Below are positions 43,305-54,511 of a stretch of DNA of 64,000 bases, piece by piece (the stretch's first letter is position 1; each line of letters opens with the position of its first letter). The position numbers and the translations under genes are program-made. This stretch comes from an uncultured Nitrososphaeraceae archaeon (GTDB lineage: Archaea > Thermoproteota > Nitrososphaeria > Nitrososphaerales > Nitrososphaeraceae). The notes below the pieces were generated by a model. It saw only the letters and a program-made list of their open reading frames with translations, was not told the DNA's origin and ran no database searches. The stretch covers positions 64,001-128,000 of the forward strand of contig CAWIMJ010000016.1 of the NCBI GenBank assembly GCA_963837175.1, given 5' to 3'.

Positions 43305-43898
43305 ATGACAATAATTACCGATTCATATATGCGAATGATTCTTCCTGAAGATACATCAATTCGTCTATCTGAATTCATTGCGGGTAGACAGAATTTTCCA
43401 TTTATCAGAAATGAGGAAGTGATGTGCATTTTTTATCTCTATGGAAAGAAAAATGGAATTAGATACGATAAAGAACGTAATGAAGTTATGAATCTTGCAG
43501 AGAATACCGTAATTAATTTACGGAGATCTATAGAAACATATAATGACAGTGCTAAATCAAAGATGGATTCACAATTTATACACAGCAAAATCGTCAGAAG
43601 GGAATTACAAGTCACTGTTGAAGAAAAAAAACATGTCTCTAAAGAGAGACTTTTGAATGATCCGGTAATAATATCTGACTGTTTTGCACAGCATGTGTCC
43701 TACTATAATGAAGAATATTTTTTTCAATTATATGGGCCCCTGCGAGAATACGATCTCATAAAGGACATAAGAGAACAACTCTCAGGAAGAATGGTGATGT
43801 TAGGATTTAATAGAAAGGATGAACAGTCATTGCCATTTCAAAATGCCTTTATACCATTATGCGTATGGATAAGAGATCACATGCAGATCGATGCATGA
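43305..43898 (+). CDS. Hypothetical protein
   Basis: 197-aa ATG ORF, too long to arise by chance in AT-rich DNA; no recognisable motif. Confidence 0.75.
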   Translation: MTIITDSYMRMILPEDTSIRLSEFIAGRQNFPFIRNEEVMCIFYLYGKKNGIRYDKERNEVMNLAENTVINLRRSIETYNDSAKSKMDSQFIHSKIVRRELQVTVEEKKHVSKERLLNDPVIISDCFAQHVSYYNEEYFFQLYGPLREYDLIKDIREQLSGRMVMLGFNRKDEQSLPFQNAFIPLCVWIRDHMQIDA

Positions 43899-44823
43899 TT
43901 GTCTGATAATTGTTTTTCGAGTATTAAGTGAATTATTTTTATATGCTCTGCAGGATATTTTTTTTAGCGATATCTATCATAAAATTAACAAGATAAAATT
44001 GTATATTAATTCTAACCTATGTTGCTGACAAGCAGAGAAAGAGTTCGTTGGCCTATTATTTTTTCCAGTATTCTGACATTTCTAAATGATGTTTTTGATC
44101 TCGTATCCTGATTTTGCAAATCAGGGCCTTCCAATTTAGCTATTACCAATTAACTTTTATCTTTTCATTATTTATTGAGTATATGTACTTCTTTATTACT
44201 TGAATCTCCATACTATTATTTTCTCTTACTGGTTTTCATACTATTTTCGTTGGAGAAGCAAAGCCACAAATTGCTCCTATTTCATGAACAGTATTACCAT
44301 TTTGTTGAGATAAATAGATTAAATTTTATAGCCATTGTCGACAGCAGTTAAACGGTCATTGTCTGGATCGGTAAAACGTAGGAAGAAACCTGATATTATC
44401 ACATTTATGAAGCACTTTCCAATGTAGTTGTGACAAGTAGAAGGTGGAGAGATTGCTGGGTACATTCCTGACTGTCATCCTTACAAGTAATCCATAAAGC
44501 CCTCAAAGACTCAAAATCCATATTACAAGGTTCTATGTTGCAATACCTACCTATTCCATTTGCTTCCAAAAGGCCCTACAATTACTGCATACCTAGTTGA
44601 CATACCCATGATTAACTCCTTTTTTGTCACGTGAGTCGGAGGCTTGTAGAGTTACTCACAGCGGAATACAGGTATAAGTAATAATCTTATAATTATATTT
44701 ATATAGAAATATTATTATCATAACATTAGCAACGTTTTTTATTATTATACCTGTATATTTCCAATTATAAGGGCTCCCTGTTTTTGCGTATTATTTACAA
44801 GCCTTAATTGGACTTCCAAATAG

Positions 44824-44878
44824 TCATTACCACATCATTACCACGTCATTACCACGTCATTACCACGTCATTACCACA
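44824..44878. repeat. Tandem repeat, 5 x 11 bp TCATTACCAC(A/G)
   Basis: Read directly; contiguous units with no spacers. Confidence 0.95.
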
Positions 44879-45104
44879 TATAGGTTGTTTGCTGAATTTC
44901 AGTGTAGCGATGATGGAAAGTTTAACACAAATTCACGTGGCCGCCCTTTATATGCAAAGGTTTCGATTACTATAATAATTAATGAACTAAAATACATCTA
45001 AGTCATGAGAGGCAGAGAATCATCTTTCAGCATAATTTTTTTATTTCTAGAATTATAAAGCTTGAACTTTATGTTATCTTATATGTAGGTTTAGTGTATA
45101 TTAT

Positions 45105-45437
45105 GTGATCTTTTTGATACAAAATAGTTTTCCGATGAGGGAATGGCACGTTGAACACATGGAAAAAATAATTGTGAAATACATAAGAGGATTATCGGAG
45201 AATGCTTCTGCATGGGAGAAGAGGCAGCACAAACGATACGGCAAAATAACAAATACATGTAGAAGTATTGACTATGATATCAAGCACGGAGTTACACATG
45301 AAGAAGTTCTTTTGCTTTTACAAAAAATTCGAAACCATTCGTCTTTTTCTAGTCTTCGAAAAAATGAAGGATCTATAGAAAGATTAGATGAGGTAGAAAA
45401 ATACTTTGTCCCATCCAAACGGACGAGCTGGCAGTAA
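45105..45437 (+). CDS. Hypothetical protein
   Basis: 110-aa ORF, possibly starting at ATG 45135 (MREWHVEHMEK...YDIKHGV). Confidence 0.7.
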   Translation: MIFLIQNSFPMREWHVEHMEKIIVKYIRGLSENASAWEKRQHKRYGKITNTCRSIDYDIKHGVTHEEVLLLLQKIRNHSSFSSLRKNEGSIERLDEVEKYFVPSKRTSWQ

Positions 45438-45779
45438 TATCAACTCCCAACTTAGATTGTATATACATAGATGTATATGATTATATGTATAATTTTTACA
45501 TAATATAGAGATAATATTATAATATTTACCATGGAAATGTTTGTCATAACGAAATATGTCAAAATGAGTTTGAATATAGTATAAAAGTAAATTATCATTA
45601 ATCATGATAATAGTATAATTCTTACTTATGAAGGCAATACAATAATTCAACTCTACCAATAAAACAAATTTGAGGTTATCCATTTATCCTTTAGCGTTTG
45701 ATAGCAAAATAGTTGGAGTCCCACTCATTTAACAATATTATATGAGATCTTACAATTAAGATAACTACATTTATACTTA

Positions 45780-46598
45780 ATGATGAAAAAATTATATATA
45801 TTGATAAATAATCCAGTAGCTATCTTCGATTCTGGTATAGGGTCGCTATCAATAATCCAAGAGTTAAAAAAAGAAATACCGCATGAGAATTTATTATATT
45901 TTGCTGATAAGGCACACTTTCCGTATGGAAATAAATCACCGGGGCACTTGCGCGATATTATATTAAGCACTGTAAACTATCTAGAAAGATATAAGCCAAA
46001 ACTAACCATAATTGCTTCTAATACTCCTTCTATAACAATATTAGATGAAATCAGGCGGTTGGTAAATATACCTTTAATAGGAGTTAGACCACCTTTAAAA
46101 GAAGCGTGTCGGTTAACAAAAAAGAAGCATATTGGAATAATGGCTACCGAACCGACAATCATTAGTAAGGAACTTGAAAATCAGATTCGAAGAGAAGTAC
46201 CTCAAAAGATCCTTGTCACAAAGTTTAATGCTTCACCTATAATAGAATTAATAGAGACTGGAACTTACATTTCTGATGAGCGCAAAACATTTAATACAAT
46301 AAACAAGATATTAGGCTATGAAGTAGATAAGGAAATCGATGTGATTACTCTATCCAGTACGCATCTTCCTTTTGTAAGACCCTATCTTTATTCTCTTCTG
46401 CCTACTATAAAATTTGTAGATTCTGCGAAAATTGTAGCAAAAGAGGTTAGGAAATATTTAGCTTTTAATAGAATGTTAAAGAAAACGGGTAACAGCAGAT
46501 TGCAAATACTTGTTTCTGATGGAAAAAAACAGTTTCAAGAAATAATACGAGCTATGGGAGTTAGAGAACCTGTAGAAGAGGTATTTCTTACCTTTTGA
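45780..46598 (+). CDS. Glutamate racemase-fold protein with Ser in place of both catalytic Cys
   Basis: FDSGIGSL, YFADKAHFPYG, MATEPT, FVDS; ASNT and SSTH instead of ACNT and GCTH. Confidence 0.85.
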   Translation: MMKKLYILINNPVAIFDSGIGSLSIIQELKKEIPHENLLYFADKAHFPYGNKSPGHLRDIILSTVNYLERYKPKLTIIASNTPSITILDEIRRLVNIPLIGVRPPLKEACRLTKKKHIGIMATEPTIISKELENQIRREVPQKILVTKFNASPIIELIETGTYISDERKTFNTINKILGYEVDKEIDVITLSSTHLPFVRPYLYSLLPTIKFVDSAKIVAKEVRKYLAFNRMLKKTGNSRLQILVSDGKKQFQEIIRAMGVREPVEEVFLTF

Positions 46599-46713
46599 GA
46601 AGATTCTGGAGTTATAAAATATGTAAAGCATAATATCATGACATATGAGTTTTGATACCATTTAAATAATGTAAAACGGAAATAGAAATTAGGCGTTCCT
46701 AAGTGGTTTTTGC

Positions 46714-48843
46714 ATGAATAAAAGAATTAGAGTTGGCATCGATGTAGGAGGAACATTTACTAAAGCTGTTGCCATTGATATAGTAGACGGAAAAATCATA
46801 GGTAAAGCTACAGTTCTCACAACTCACTCTTCCAAAGAAGGTGTAGCCACTGGGATCGTGGTAGCACTAACTGAATTAATGCAAAAGTACAATATTCAAC
46901 GCTCTAACATTGAATTGATCTCTCATAGTACAACCCAAGCAGTTAACGCGTTACTTGAAGGAGATACTTCAAAAGTTGGGATTATTGGCATGGGTGTTGG
47001 GATGGAAAAATCCAGCGTAATTAGGCGAACAAACATCAAGGATATTGAGCTGGCACCAAATAAGTATCTGAGAACGTGTTATCGTTTTTTAGATACAGCC
47101 AAGTATTTGCAAGACCAAGAAGTCGTTTCTGCAATTTCCGAATTGAAAAGAGAAGGCGCGGAGGTATTAATAGTAAGCGAAGCATATGGAGTAGACGATC
47201 CAAGTAATGAAGAATTCGTAATGAAAAAATCAGACATTCCTGCAACTGCTGGTCACGAATTAACAGGCTTATATGGTCTTGAAGTTCGCACTCTAACAGC
47301 CGCTATTAATGCAGGCATTCTTCCTAAGGCGATGAGTACTGCCCAATTTGTTGAATCGGCTGTCAAGAAAGAACAGATTGCTGCTCCAATAATGATCATG
47401 AAAGGCGATGGAGGAGTTACAGATATGAAGACATTTCGTAATATGCCGATAATAACAGTTCTTTCAGGTCCTGCTGCTAGTGTCGCAGGAGCCTTACTAT
47501 ATTTTCGTGTATTAAATGGAATTTTTATGGAGATTGGAGGTACATCAACTAATGTATGTATTATAAGGGATGGCAAACCAGAGATCAGATATGTAACTAT
47601 AATGCAGCATTCAACCTGTATCCGATCGGTAGATGTTCGGGTTGTAGGTATCGCAGGAGGGTCTCTTGTAAGATGGTCAGGTAGAAAAATAACGGATGTT
47701 GGTCCAAGATCTGCACACATCGCAGGTCTCCCGTACTCATGCTTTGCTAATATCGAAGAGTTGGAAGGAGGTCAAATTATTACCTTTAAACCAATGGATG
47801 GCGATCCTATGGATTATGTTGCTATAGAGACAGGCGGTGGTAAACGCTTCGCGATAACAAATACATGTGCTGCCAATGCATTAGGATTAATTCCAGAATT
47901 CGATTATGCTCATTCAAATCAAGAGACAGCAAAACTTGCGCTATCGATTCTGGCTCAAAGGATTGGACTTACAACTCTAGAAGCAGCGAAATCTGTTCTC
48001 GAAATATCAGCCAAAAAGATACTTGAAATCGTTGAACCAATGCTCAGAGAGTACAAGTTGAAGAAGGATCATATTGTAATTATCGGAGGTGGTGGTGGAG
48101 CATCAGTATTAGTTCCTTATCTAGCACAGAAATTACATATCAAGTACACGATTTCTGAGCATTCGGAAGTGGTATCTTCTATAGGTGTTGCAGCAGCAAT
48201 GATACATGAAGAACGTGAGAAGACAATCACTAATCCTAAACCAGATGATGCTTCTTCATTAATCGAAGAAGTAAAACAAATTGCTCTTAACCGTGGTGCT
48301 ACTCCAGAATCACTTATGCTCCAATCCGCCTACATCAGTGAGAGATCATTACTTCGTGTAACAGCAGTAGGCAATGTTAGTCTAGATATAGGCAATACAA
48401 GCACAAAGAAAATCAATTATGAAGAAGCGAGAAAGGTGGCATGTGAGTTATTTGGAATTAATGAAGGAGTGCATTACATTTTTGACACGGAACACTATCA
48501 TGTATTTGCTTGTGAGATATACAAAAAAAAATTATTCCTGAAATCGAGAAAACATCCAGTATTGGTGTTGGACAAGTTCGGCCGTGTAAGACTATTTCTC
48601 GAAAACGCGGCAACAATCAATGGAGATCCTAAGGAAGTTGCAGATAAAATCGAATTTCTTCTGCTAAATTCAAATGGAAAATCCAATTTTAGTGATCTTG
48701 CTCCACAGATACACATTCTTGATGGTATGAAAATTGTAGATTTTTCTAGTCTAACTGCACCTGAACAAGTTTCAAAAGCAGTCAGATATGAATTGGAAAA
48801 GGTTCACAATCAGCAGGTCATTGCTATTGTAAAATTATTATAG
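46714..48843 (+). CDS. Hydantoinase/oxoprolinase A-subunit family ATP-binding protein
   Basis: [44 protein letters not shown]. Confidence 0.88.
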   Translation: MNKRIRVGIDVGGTFTKAVAIDIVDGKIIGKATVLTTHSSKEGVATGIVVALTELMQKYNIQRSNIELISHSTTQAVNALLEGDTSKVGIIGMGVGMEKSSVIRRTNIKDIELAPNKYLRTCYRFLDTAKYLQDQEVVSAISELKREGAEVLIVSEAYGVDDPSNEEFVMKKSDIPATAGHELTGLYGLEVRTLTAAINAGILPKAMSTAQFVESAVKKEQIAAPIMIMKGDGGVTDMKTFRNMPIITVLSGPAASVAGALLYFRVLNGIFMEIGGTSTNVCIIRDGKPEIRYVTIMQHSTCIRSVDVRVVGIAGGSLVRWSGRKITDVGPRSAHIAGLPYSCFANIEELEGGQIITFKPMDGDPMDYVAIETGGGKRFAITNTCAANALGLIPEFDYAHSNQETAKLALSILAQRIGLTTLEAAKSVLEISAKKILEIVEPMLREYKLKKDHIVIIGGGGGASVLVPYLAQKLHIKYTISEHSEVVSSIGVAAAMIHEEREKTITNPKPDDASSLIEEVKQIALNRGATPESLMLQSAYISERSLLRVTAVGNVSLDIGNTSTKKINYEEARKVACELFGINEGVHYIFDTEHYHVFACEIYKKKLFLKSRKHPVLVLDKFGRVRLFLENAATINGDPKEVADKIEFLLLNSNGKSNFSDLAPQIHILDGMKIVDFSSLTAPEQVSKAVRYELEKVHNQQVIAIVKLL

Positions 48844-48967
48844 TTAAAATGATATTAATTAAAATGTAAGAAAATTAGTATATACGTTAATTTATAAATA
48901 ACCGTTATTTATCGTAAATAGATTTAATGTTTTTAAGAACGAATTTGTTCTATGAATCTGTTCAATC

Positions 48968-49870
48968 TTGCAAAAAGAACTCTCGATAATAGATGGGCCA
49001 TCGTCACCAGATCTCGCTGCAAAAATAGCTCAAGATTTGCGGGCAGAATTGATCCCTGTCGATGTTCGCATATTTTCAGATGGTGAAAGTAGAATAAAAA
49101 TGGGCAATGTTAAAAAAAAAAACTGTGTGATAGTGCAGTCAACATATCCTCCTACCGATCGCCATCTTTTGCAAACACTGATGATGATAAAAAAGTGTAC
49201 TGACGACGACGCAGCAGATATTTGTACTGTCGTCCCATATATGGCCTATTCACGCCAAGATAGGGCATTTCAAGGTGGAGAAGTTATTAGCATGGAATTG
49301 ATTGCAAAACTACTAGAGGCTGCCGGAAATAAACGATTGATAACAATAGACATTCATAGTCCCCTGGCATTATCATATTTTAGTATTGATGTCCAAAATA
49401 TTTCTTCAATTCCCCTTTTAGCAAATTATGCAGCCAGTAATATGAAACTTAATAGAGCTGTTGTTGTATCACCAGACGCAGGAGGAATAAAACGAGCATC
49501 TGAATTTGCAAAAATATTGGGCTCTGACAGTATAGCTCTAAAAAAATGCCGCGATAGTAACTCGGGAGAGGTATTTATTGATGATAATTTAGAACGCAAT
49601 ATTGCAGAGAGAGATGTTATCCTCGTGGATGATATAATAACTAGTGGAGGAACCATAGCAAAAGCATGTCAAGTTTTAAAGAAAAATAACGCTGATAAGA
49701 TATATACAATGTGTGTTCATGCCCTATTGGTAAAAGAGGCTGCGGAAAAAATAAGAGCAGCAGGTGTAAAAGAAATAATTTCTACAAATTCCATACCCAG
49801 TCCTTATGCCAAAGTTGACATAAGTCCTATTGTGTCGGCAAGTCTTCGTTCCCTATCTCACCTACAATGA
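48968..49870 (+). CDS. prs: Ribose-phosphate pyrophosphokinase
   Basis: FSDGE, PYMAYSRQD, DIHS, SPDAGG, VDDIITSGGT. Confidence 0.95.
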   Translation: MQKELSIIDGPSSPDLAAKIAQDLRAELIPVDVRIFSDGESRIKMGNVKKKNCVIVQSTYPPTDRHLLQTLMMIKKCTDDDAADICTVVPYMAYSRQDRAFQGGEVISMELIAKLLEAAGNKRLITIDIHSPLALSYFSIDVQNISSIPLLANYAASNMKLNRAVVVSPDAGGIKRASEFAKILGSDSIALKKCRDSNSGEVFIDDNLERNIAERDVILVDDIITSGGTIAKACQVLKKNNADKIYTMCVHALLVKEAAEKIRAAGVKEIISTNSIPSPYAKVDISPIVSASLRSLSHLQ

Positions 49871-50596
49871 ATATTTTGCTGTTTAATACATGTCCCAAAG
49901 TTATCAAAGATTATCGCAATTTTATTGATCTTCAATTAAGTATCTATCATAATGAAGCAGCATAATAAGAAAAATTGCAAATTACCTTGTTAACGGCTAA
50001 CATTTTCTTGTCATGTAACGTTTTACATATATTTGTAGAGTCTAAAATCGTAGAAAAGGTTGTAGAAATAGGCGTTTTCATGTAAATTCTATAATAAGTT
50101 TCGAAATAGTCATGGATCTTGGTTTTTATTAGCCAAACCTTGAGCAACCATAACAAAAATAAATCAGATAAAAAATTTATTTGCCATTCTACCTAAACAC
50201 AACGGTTCTGAAGAACCTGATTTATCCTATGTAATTAAAATAATATGATAGAAGATCATTTTTCCTAGCCCTGCATTCTAATTGAAGCATAGCATCATCA
50301 AAAATCGCCACTTGCATGGTCATAAGAGACATAAATAGAGTAAAATTAAGTCAAATTATTATAACAATAACTTTGAGATATCACTTCAACCAAAAGGTAT
50401 TATATGCGAGATATAAGAAGTAAAAGCTTATTTGCATATATAAGTGAAAAATTGAATAGCTAGGTTCTCTAAGAGTATCAGCATTACGTTTTAAGGTAAT
50501 GAAAATATTCAATAAAAAATAGGATTGATATAATATGGTAAAAGAAAAAAGGATCTATTGTATATAAGAATCTGGCTCGCATTGTGACATTATTCC

Positions 50597-51526
50597 ATGG
50601 CGAATATGAGATTAATATTTCTAGGAACATCTGCTGCTGTACCTACATCAAAACGTGGACTTTCCTCTATAGCATTGCTAAGAGGTAATGAATTGCTGTT
50701 ATTCGATGCTGGTGAGGGTATGCAACGGAATTTTATAAAGGCCGGTATAGGTATGAATAAAAAAATGAAAATTTTTATTACTCATATGCATGCAGATCAC
50801 TGTGTCGGACTTCTTGGTCTCTTACAAACAATGTCTCTGCAAGGAAGAGAAAGAATGCTCGATATTTATGGTCCCCTAAGGTTACCTGAGTTTCTTAAAG
50901 AGAATATGCGTATTATGAATTTTGGATTGACTTTTAATATTAACGTTCATTTAATCAATAATGAGGGTGTAATTATAAAAGAGAATGATTATCAAGTTAG
51001 TTGTTGCAATGCGTACCATTCAGTACCTTCCTATTCATATTGCCTCACAGAATTTGAAAGACCAGGGATATTTAGTATTGAAGAAGCCAAACACTTAGGA
51101 ATTCCAGAAGGCAAACTCTATCATGAATTGCAACAGGGCCAGAATATCATATACGAAGGTAAGATTATTAAATCGAGCCAAATAATGGGTCCTTCCCGTC
51201 CTGGGAGAAAAGTAGGAATATCTGGTGATACAAGGCCCACTTCAAGACTACAGCATTTTTTTAAAGACTGCGATTTATTAGTTTTTGAATCTACATACAG
51301 CTATGAAAAACACCATAAGGCTCTCGAAAGTTTTCACTCCACCGCTACAGAAGCTGCACAACTTGCAAAAGCAGCTGGTGTTAAGAAATTAGTTCTTACT
51401 CACTTTAGCCCAAGGTATGAAGAAACTACCGACTTAGTTCAAGAAGCAAAAACTATCCATAACAATGTCGAAGCCGCTGAAGATCTGAAGATATCAGATA
51501 TCCATTATGGAGAAAAACAGAAATAA
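50597..51526 (+). CDS. rnz: Ribonuclease Z
   Basis: FLGTSAAVP, DAGEG, THMHADH, SGDT, HST, LTHFSPRY. Confidence 0.96.
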   Translation: MANMRLIFLGTSAAVPTSKRGLSSIALLRGNELLLFDAGEGMQRNFIKAGIGMNKKMKIFITHMHADHCVGLLGLLQTMSLQGRERMLDIYGPLRLPEFLKENMRIMNFGLTFNINVHLINNEGVIIKENDYQVSCCNAYHSVPSYSYCLTEFERPGIFSIEEAKHLGIPEGKLYHELQQGQNIIYEGKIIKSSQIMGPSRPGRKVGISGDTRPTSRLQHFFKDCDLLVFESTYSYEKHHKALESFHSTATEAAQLAKAAGVKKLVLTHFSPRYEETTDLVQEAKTIHNNVEAAEDLKISDIHYGEKQK

Positions 51527-51893
51527 TCACCGGTTGTTGTATGACAGTAACAGAGCGGATTTGGCAGCTTTAGATATTGTGGCCTTTCTATATTAATTCG
51601 ATAAAAATTCTGTGGAGAATATTACGAAGGAGATTATACAAAATTCGATCGATTCATCTATGCCAAATTAATAATTTACAGCAATTAACGACAAGGGGAT
51701 ATTTATCAGATAAAATATATACAAGATCTTAAAACCAAAATATAGTATATGTGCTAGAGAAGTACATACCTGAAAATTTTTCAAATTTCAATTGTGTAAT
51801 TGTAAAGTGAATAGTCATCCCCTGTGAAACTTTAAAGCCACGACTAAGGAGTAGCAATGTACTCTATATGGTTCCAAAAGTGATGATAAAATG

Positions 51894-52571
51894 TTAACCG
51901 ATTACCTTGAAAAAGCTCCTGACAAGTTCTTTTTGATCGGGCTGTAATCCAATAATTGCTTCAATGAGTTCTCTTTCCATCATTATCTGTTTTGAAATCA
52001 CTGATTGCAACTTTTTACTATCCAGTGGTGTTATATTATCAATTAAGCCATTACTGTAAGCATAGATATATTCATTTATTATTTTAGATGCGAAAGATGG
52101 AGCTAATCGTATCAATAGCAATAGTCCTTCCCGCATTATATTGTCACTTTGGGCCTCATATGGAATAGAAATAATATACTTCTCCAGCATTTTCATTCTA
52201 TTGCCACCAATCTCGTCTATCGAGACGGAAACTAACAATCCTATCTCTGTCAGTTCATAGAAAGGAACACCTTCAAGCTGGAGAGCTTTGGGACCACGTC
52301 TCAGGGGCAGCCTTCCTCCTTCTTTTACAACTCCTGATGGAATTAGCACCTCATCCAGGTCCCTAAAAATTCCTGAATAGATATTCTGCCATAAAATGCC
52401 ATGTATCTTAGCTATTGCATGAGCAATTGAAGTTCTAGTACGCAATTCTGGACTTTGTTCGGTAGCAAGATGAGCAATAATCCCCCGCTCCCTCATAGCT
52501 TCGCCTGTAAACTTATTCTTTCGCGTTTTGAAAGTATCAAATATAGCAATATTACCCTTATGAGCTTTCAA
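51894..52571 (-). CDS. Hypothetical protein, possible winged-helix N-terminal domain
   Basis: 225-aa ORF; RTSIAH...YSGIFRDL...FYELTEIGL resembles a wHTH ending in Y.LT..G. Confidence 0.75.
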   Translation of the reverse strand: MKAHKGNIAIFDTFKTRKNKFTGEAMRERGIIAHLATEQSPELRTRTSIAHAIAKIHGILWQNIYSGIFRDLDEVLIPSGVVKEGGRLPLRRGPKALQLEGVPFYELTEIGLLVSVSIDEIGGNRMKMLEKYIISIPYEAQSDNIMREGLLLLIRLAPSFASKIINEYIYAYSNGLIDNITPLDSKKLQSVISKQIMMERELIEAIIGLQPDQKELVRSFFKVIG

Positions 52572-53065
52572 TAGATATTCATCCTAAACCCAACTTTATT
52601 TGCTTAAATAGTTATAATAATAATATTTTAATTTGTTGGTGTTTTTAACAAAACTAAATAGATTCATTTCAAGAAATTTGCCCAAGTAATAAAAAGAGTA
52701 TAAATAATATTTTTTACCAATTGTTGATATATGTGTACATTCTCAAGATAGCATTTTAAATGGATATGTACTTTTATTAGATGCCTTTTTTTGCATTTTA
52801 GAAGCAATCTTTAAGACTTGAAATTTCAAATTAAGATTAATTAATTAATTGATGATTGGTATACTAAAAAAAATGATCAAAATCCACGGCTAGCTTGTAT
52901 TTCTGGTTATCTTCATGTATTGGATTAACATCGCCTCCAATATTGTCGGCGACATCTCAATGAACAAAAGCTGCTGTCTTGCTAGAATTTCGGTGGACAG
53001 ATTCTTTATTTGTTTTGACATTAATAATCCGTTGCTTTTACTTGTAATCCAGAGATAGTCTTCTT

Positions 53066-53314
53066 TTAATCTGTCTCGCTTGATTTATGTGTTTCAGCTT
53101 GTATTAGGAGTTTGCCGTTAATCGTCCATTTAGCGCTTCCCAATTCTTGACCTCTTGGACCTACTGCTCTAGGAATATCTATTATGAAATTCTCAAAGGA
53201 GTAAGTTACTGATGCCCCTTTACCTGTTAATCTATCAAATAATTCTCCGATCAATTCGGCCCACTGGCTTGATGCTTGTGCTGTTTTTTCACTATTGTTA
53301 GTATCTTTACTCAT
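53066..53314 (-). CDS. Hypothetical protein
   Basis: MSKDT...WAELIGELFDRLTG...AKWTING. The longer ORF-track start reads through AT-rich promoter-like DNA. Confidence 0.65.
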   Translation of the reverse strand: MSKDTNNSEKTAQASSQWAELIGELFDRLTGKGASVTYSFENFIIDIPRAVGPRGQELGSAKWTINGKLLIQAETHKSSETD

Positions 53315-53635
53315 AGTTACCATCATATATACACACAATGAATTTAAAAGCATACAAATTATTTCTCTTCTTATATAGTTATTACTCAATATACGTTTAT
53401 CCAAATATGATATTATTTCTTTATTGTATCCAGTCATAGTATATAATCAACGTTAAATTAAAATTTTTACCAAACCAGGAATATTCTGTTATCCATATAA
53501 TCAGATCTTCAGCGCTTAATTTGAGAAGAATCGATCAGATAATTGTGCTCTATCATGCATATATAATAAGAGGAGATTTTGTAAATAAAAAAATTTGTTT
53601 GAAATAATACTAAAAAATTTAAAATTTAGGATCTT

Positions 53636-53902
53636 TTATTTTTTCGCCGTCATTCTAAGTACATCTACTTGACCACTATGCAACCAATCCTTAAGCTCTT
53701 CATGACTTGGCTTAATATCATGTTTTCCTGCTAAATGGAGATGTAAAAGGACATAGTTAATTTGGTTTAACAACGGCTTATTTTGCTCATCCCCCTGGCG
53801 AGCTTTCTGTTTTAAATCAGCAGGTACAGTGTTCCACCAATCATTGAAACTCCTCTTTCCACCATTATTATGTTGTGAACCGAATCCCTTTGGCATTGTC
53901 AT
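53636..53902 (-). CDS. Hypothetical protein
   Basis: Clean 88-aa ATG ORF with protein-like composition. Confidence 0.7.
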   Translation of the reverse strand: MTMPKGFGSQHNNGGKRSFNDWWNTVPADLKQKARQGDEQNKPLLNQINYVLLHLHLAGKHDIKPSHEELKDWLHSGQVDVLRMTAKK

Positions 53903-54121
53903 ATTAAAAAAGCAGCATGTATACGAAGTTATTAAATGTATTTATTTTAAGCTCGTTAAAACTTTACTAACTTAAAATTACCAATTACTTTATATAAAAT
54001 GAAAATGGTTGTATGTATATAAAACACTAAAATGATCTGACAAATATCTAAGAGGAGTAAATACAGTTATTTAGACTTACCATCTCCTAGATTTAAATTA
54101 TCCTAAGGAGTTTAATTCATT

Positions 54122-54458
54122 ATGTCGGAAAAAACCACAACAGAACCAACAACCACAACAGAACCAACAACCACATAAAGAAGGATTTCGTGATGCGATA
54201 TACATAGGAAAGAAACCTCTGATGGCCTACGTGACCTCGACACTCATTCAGCTTGCTAATCAGCCTACAGTAACGATTAAGGCAAGGGGTTTAAGCATTG
54301 GAAGAGCGGTAGACGTTTCTCAAATCATTCTGAAGAGAATGGAGAGTGCTGGATACAATATAGGCGATGTAAGAATTGGCTCCGAAACTGTTCAATCTGA
54401 GGATGGCAGAACGCGAAACGTTTCTACGATTGATATAGAAATAAAAAGAAGCTCTTAA
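54122..54458 (+). CDS. alba: Chromatin protein Alba; +1 A in the A6 run at 54129-54134
   Basis: IYIGKKPLMAYV, IKARG..I.RAVDV, VSTIDIEI. The ATG at 54122 joins the frame if one A is removed. Confidence 0.92.
54134..54175. repeat. 18-bp tandem repeat (about 2.3 copies, ACCACAACAGAACCAACA) encoding PQQNQQ in the Alba N-terminal tail
   Basis: Read directly. Confidence 0.9.
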
Positions 54459-54511
54459 GCGCTCTCCGATGCTTTTTGTTCTTATATATCTCCTAATGTT
54501 CCACTAAAGCA

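Noticed and set aside
44824-44878. Possible CRISPR array
   Set aside because: The units are 11 bp and contiguous, with no spacers and no cas genes.
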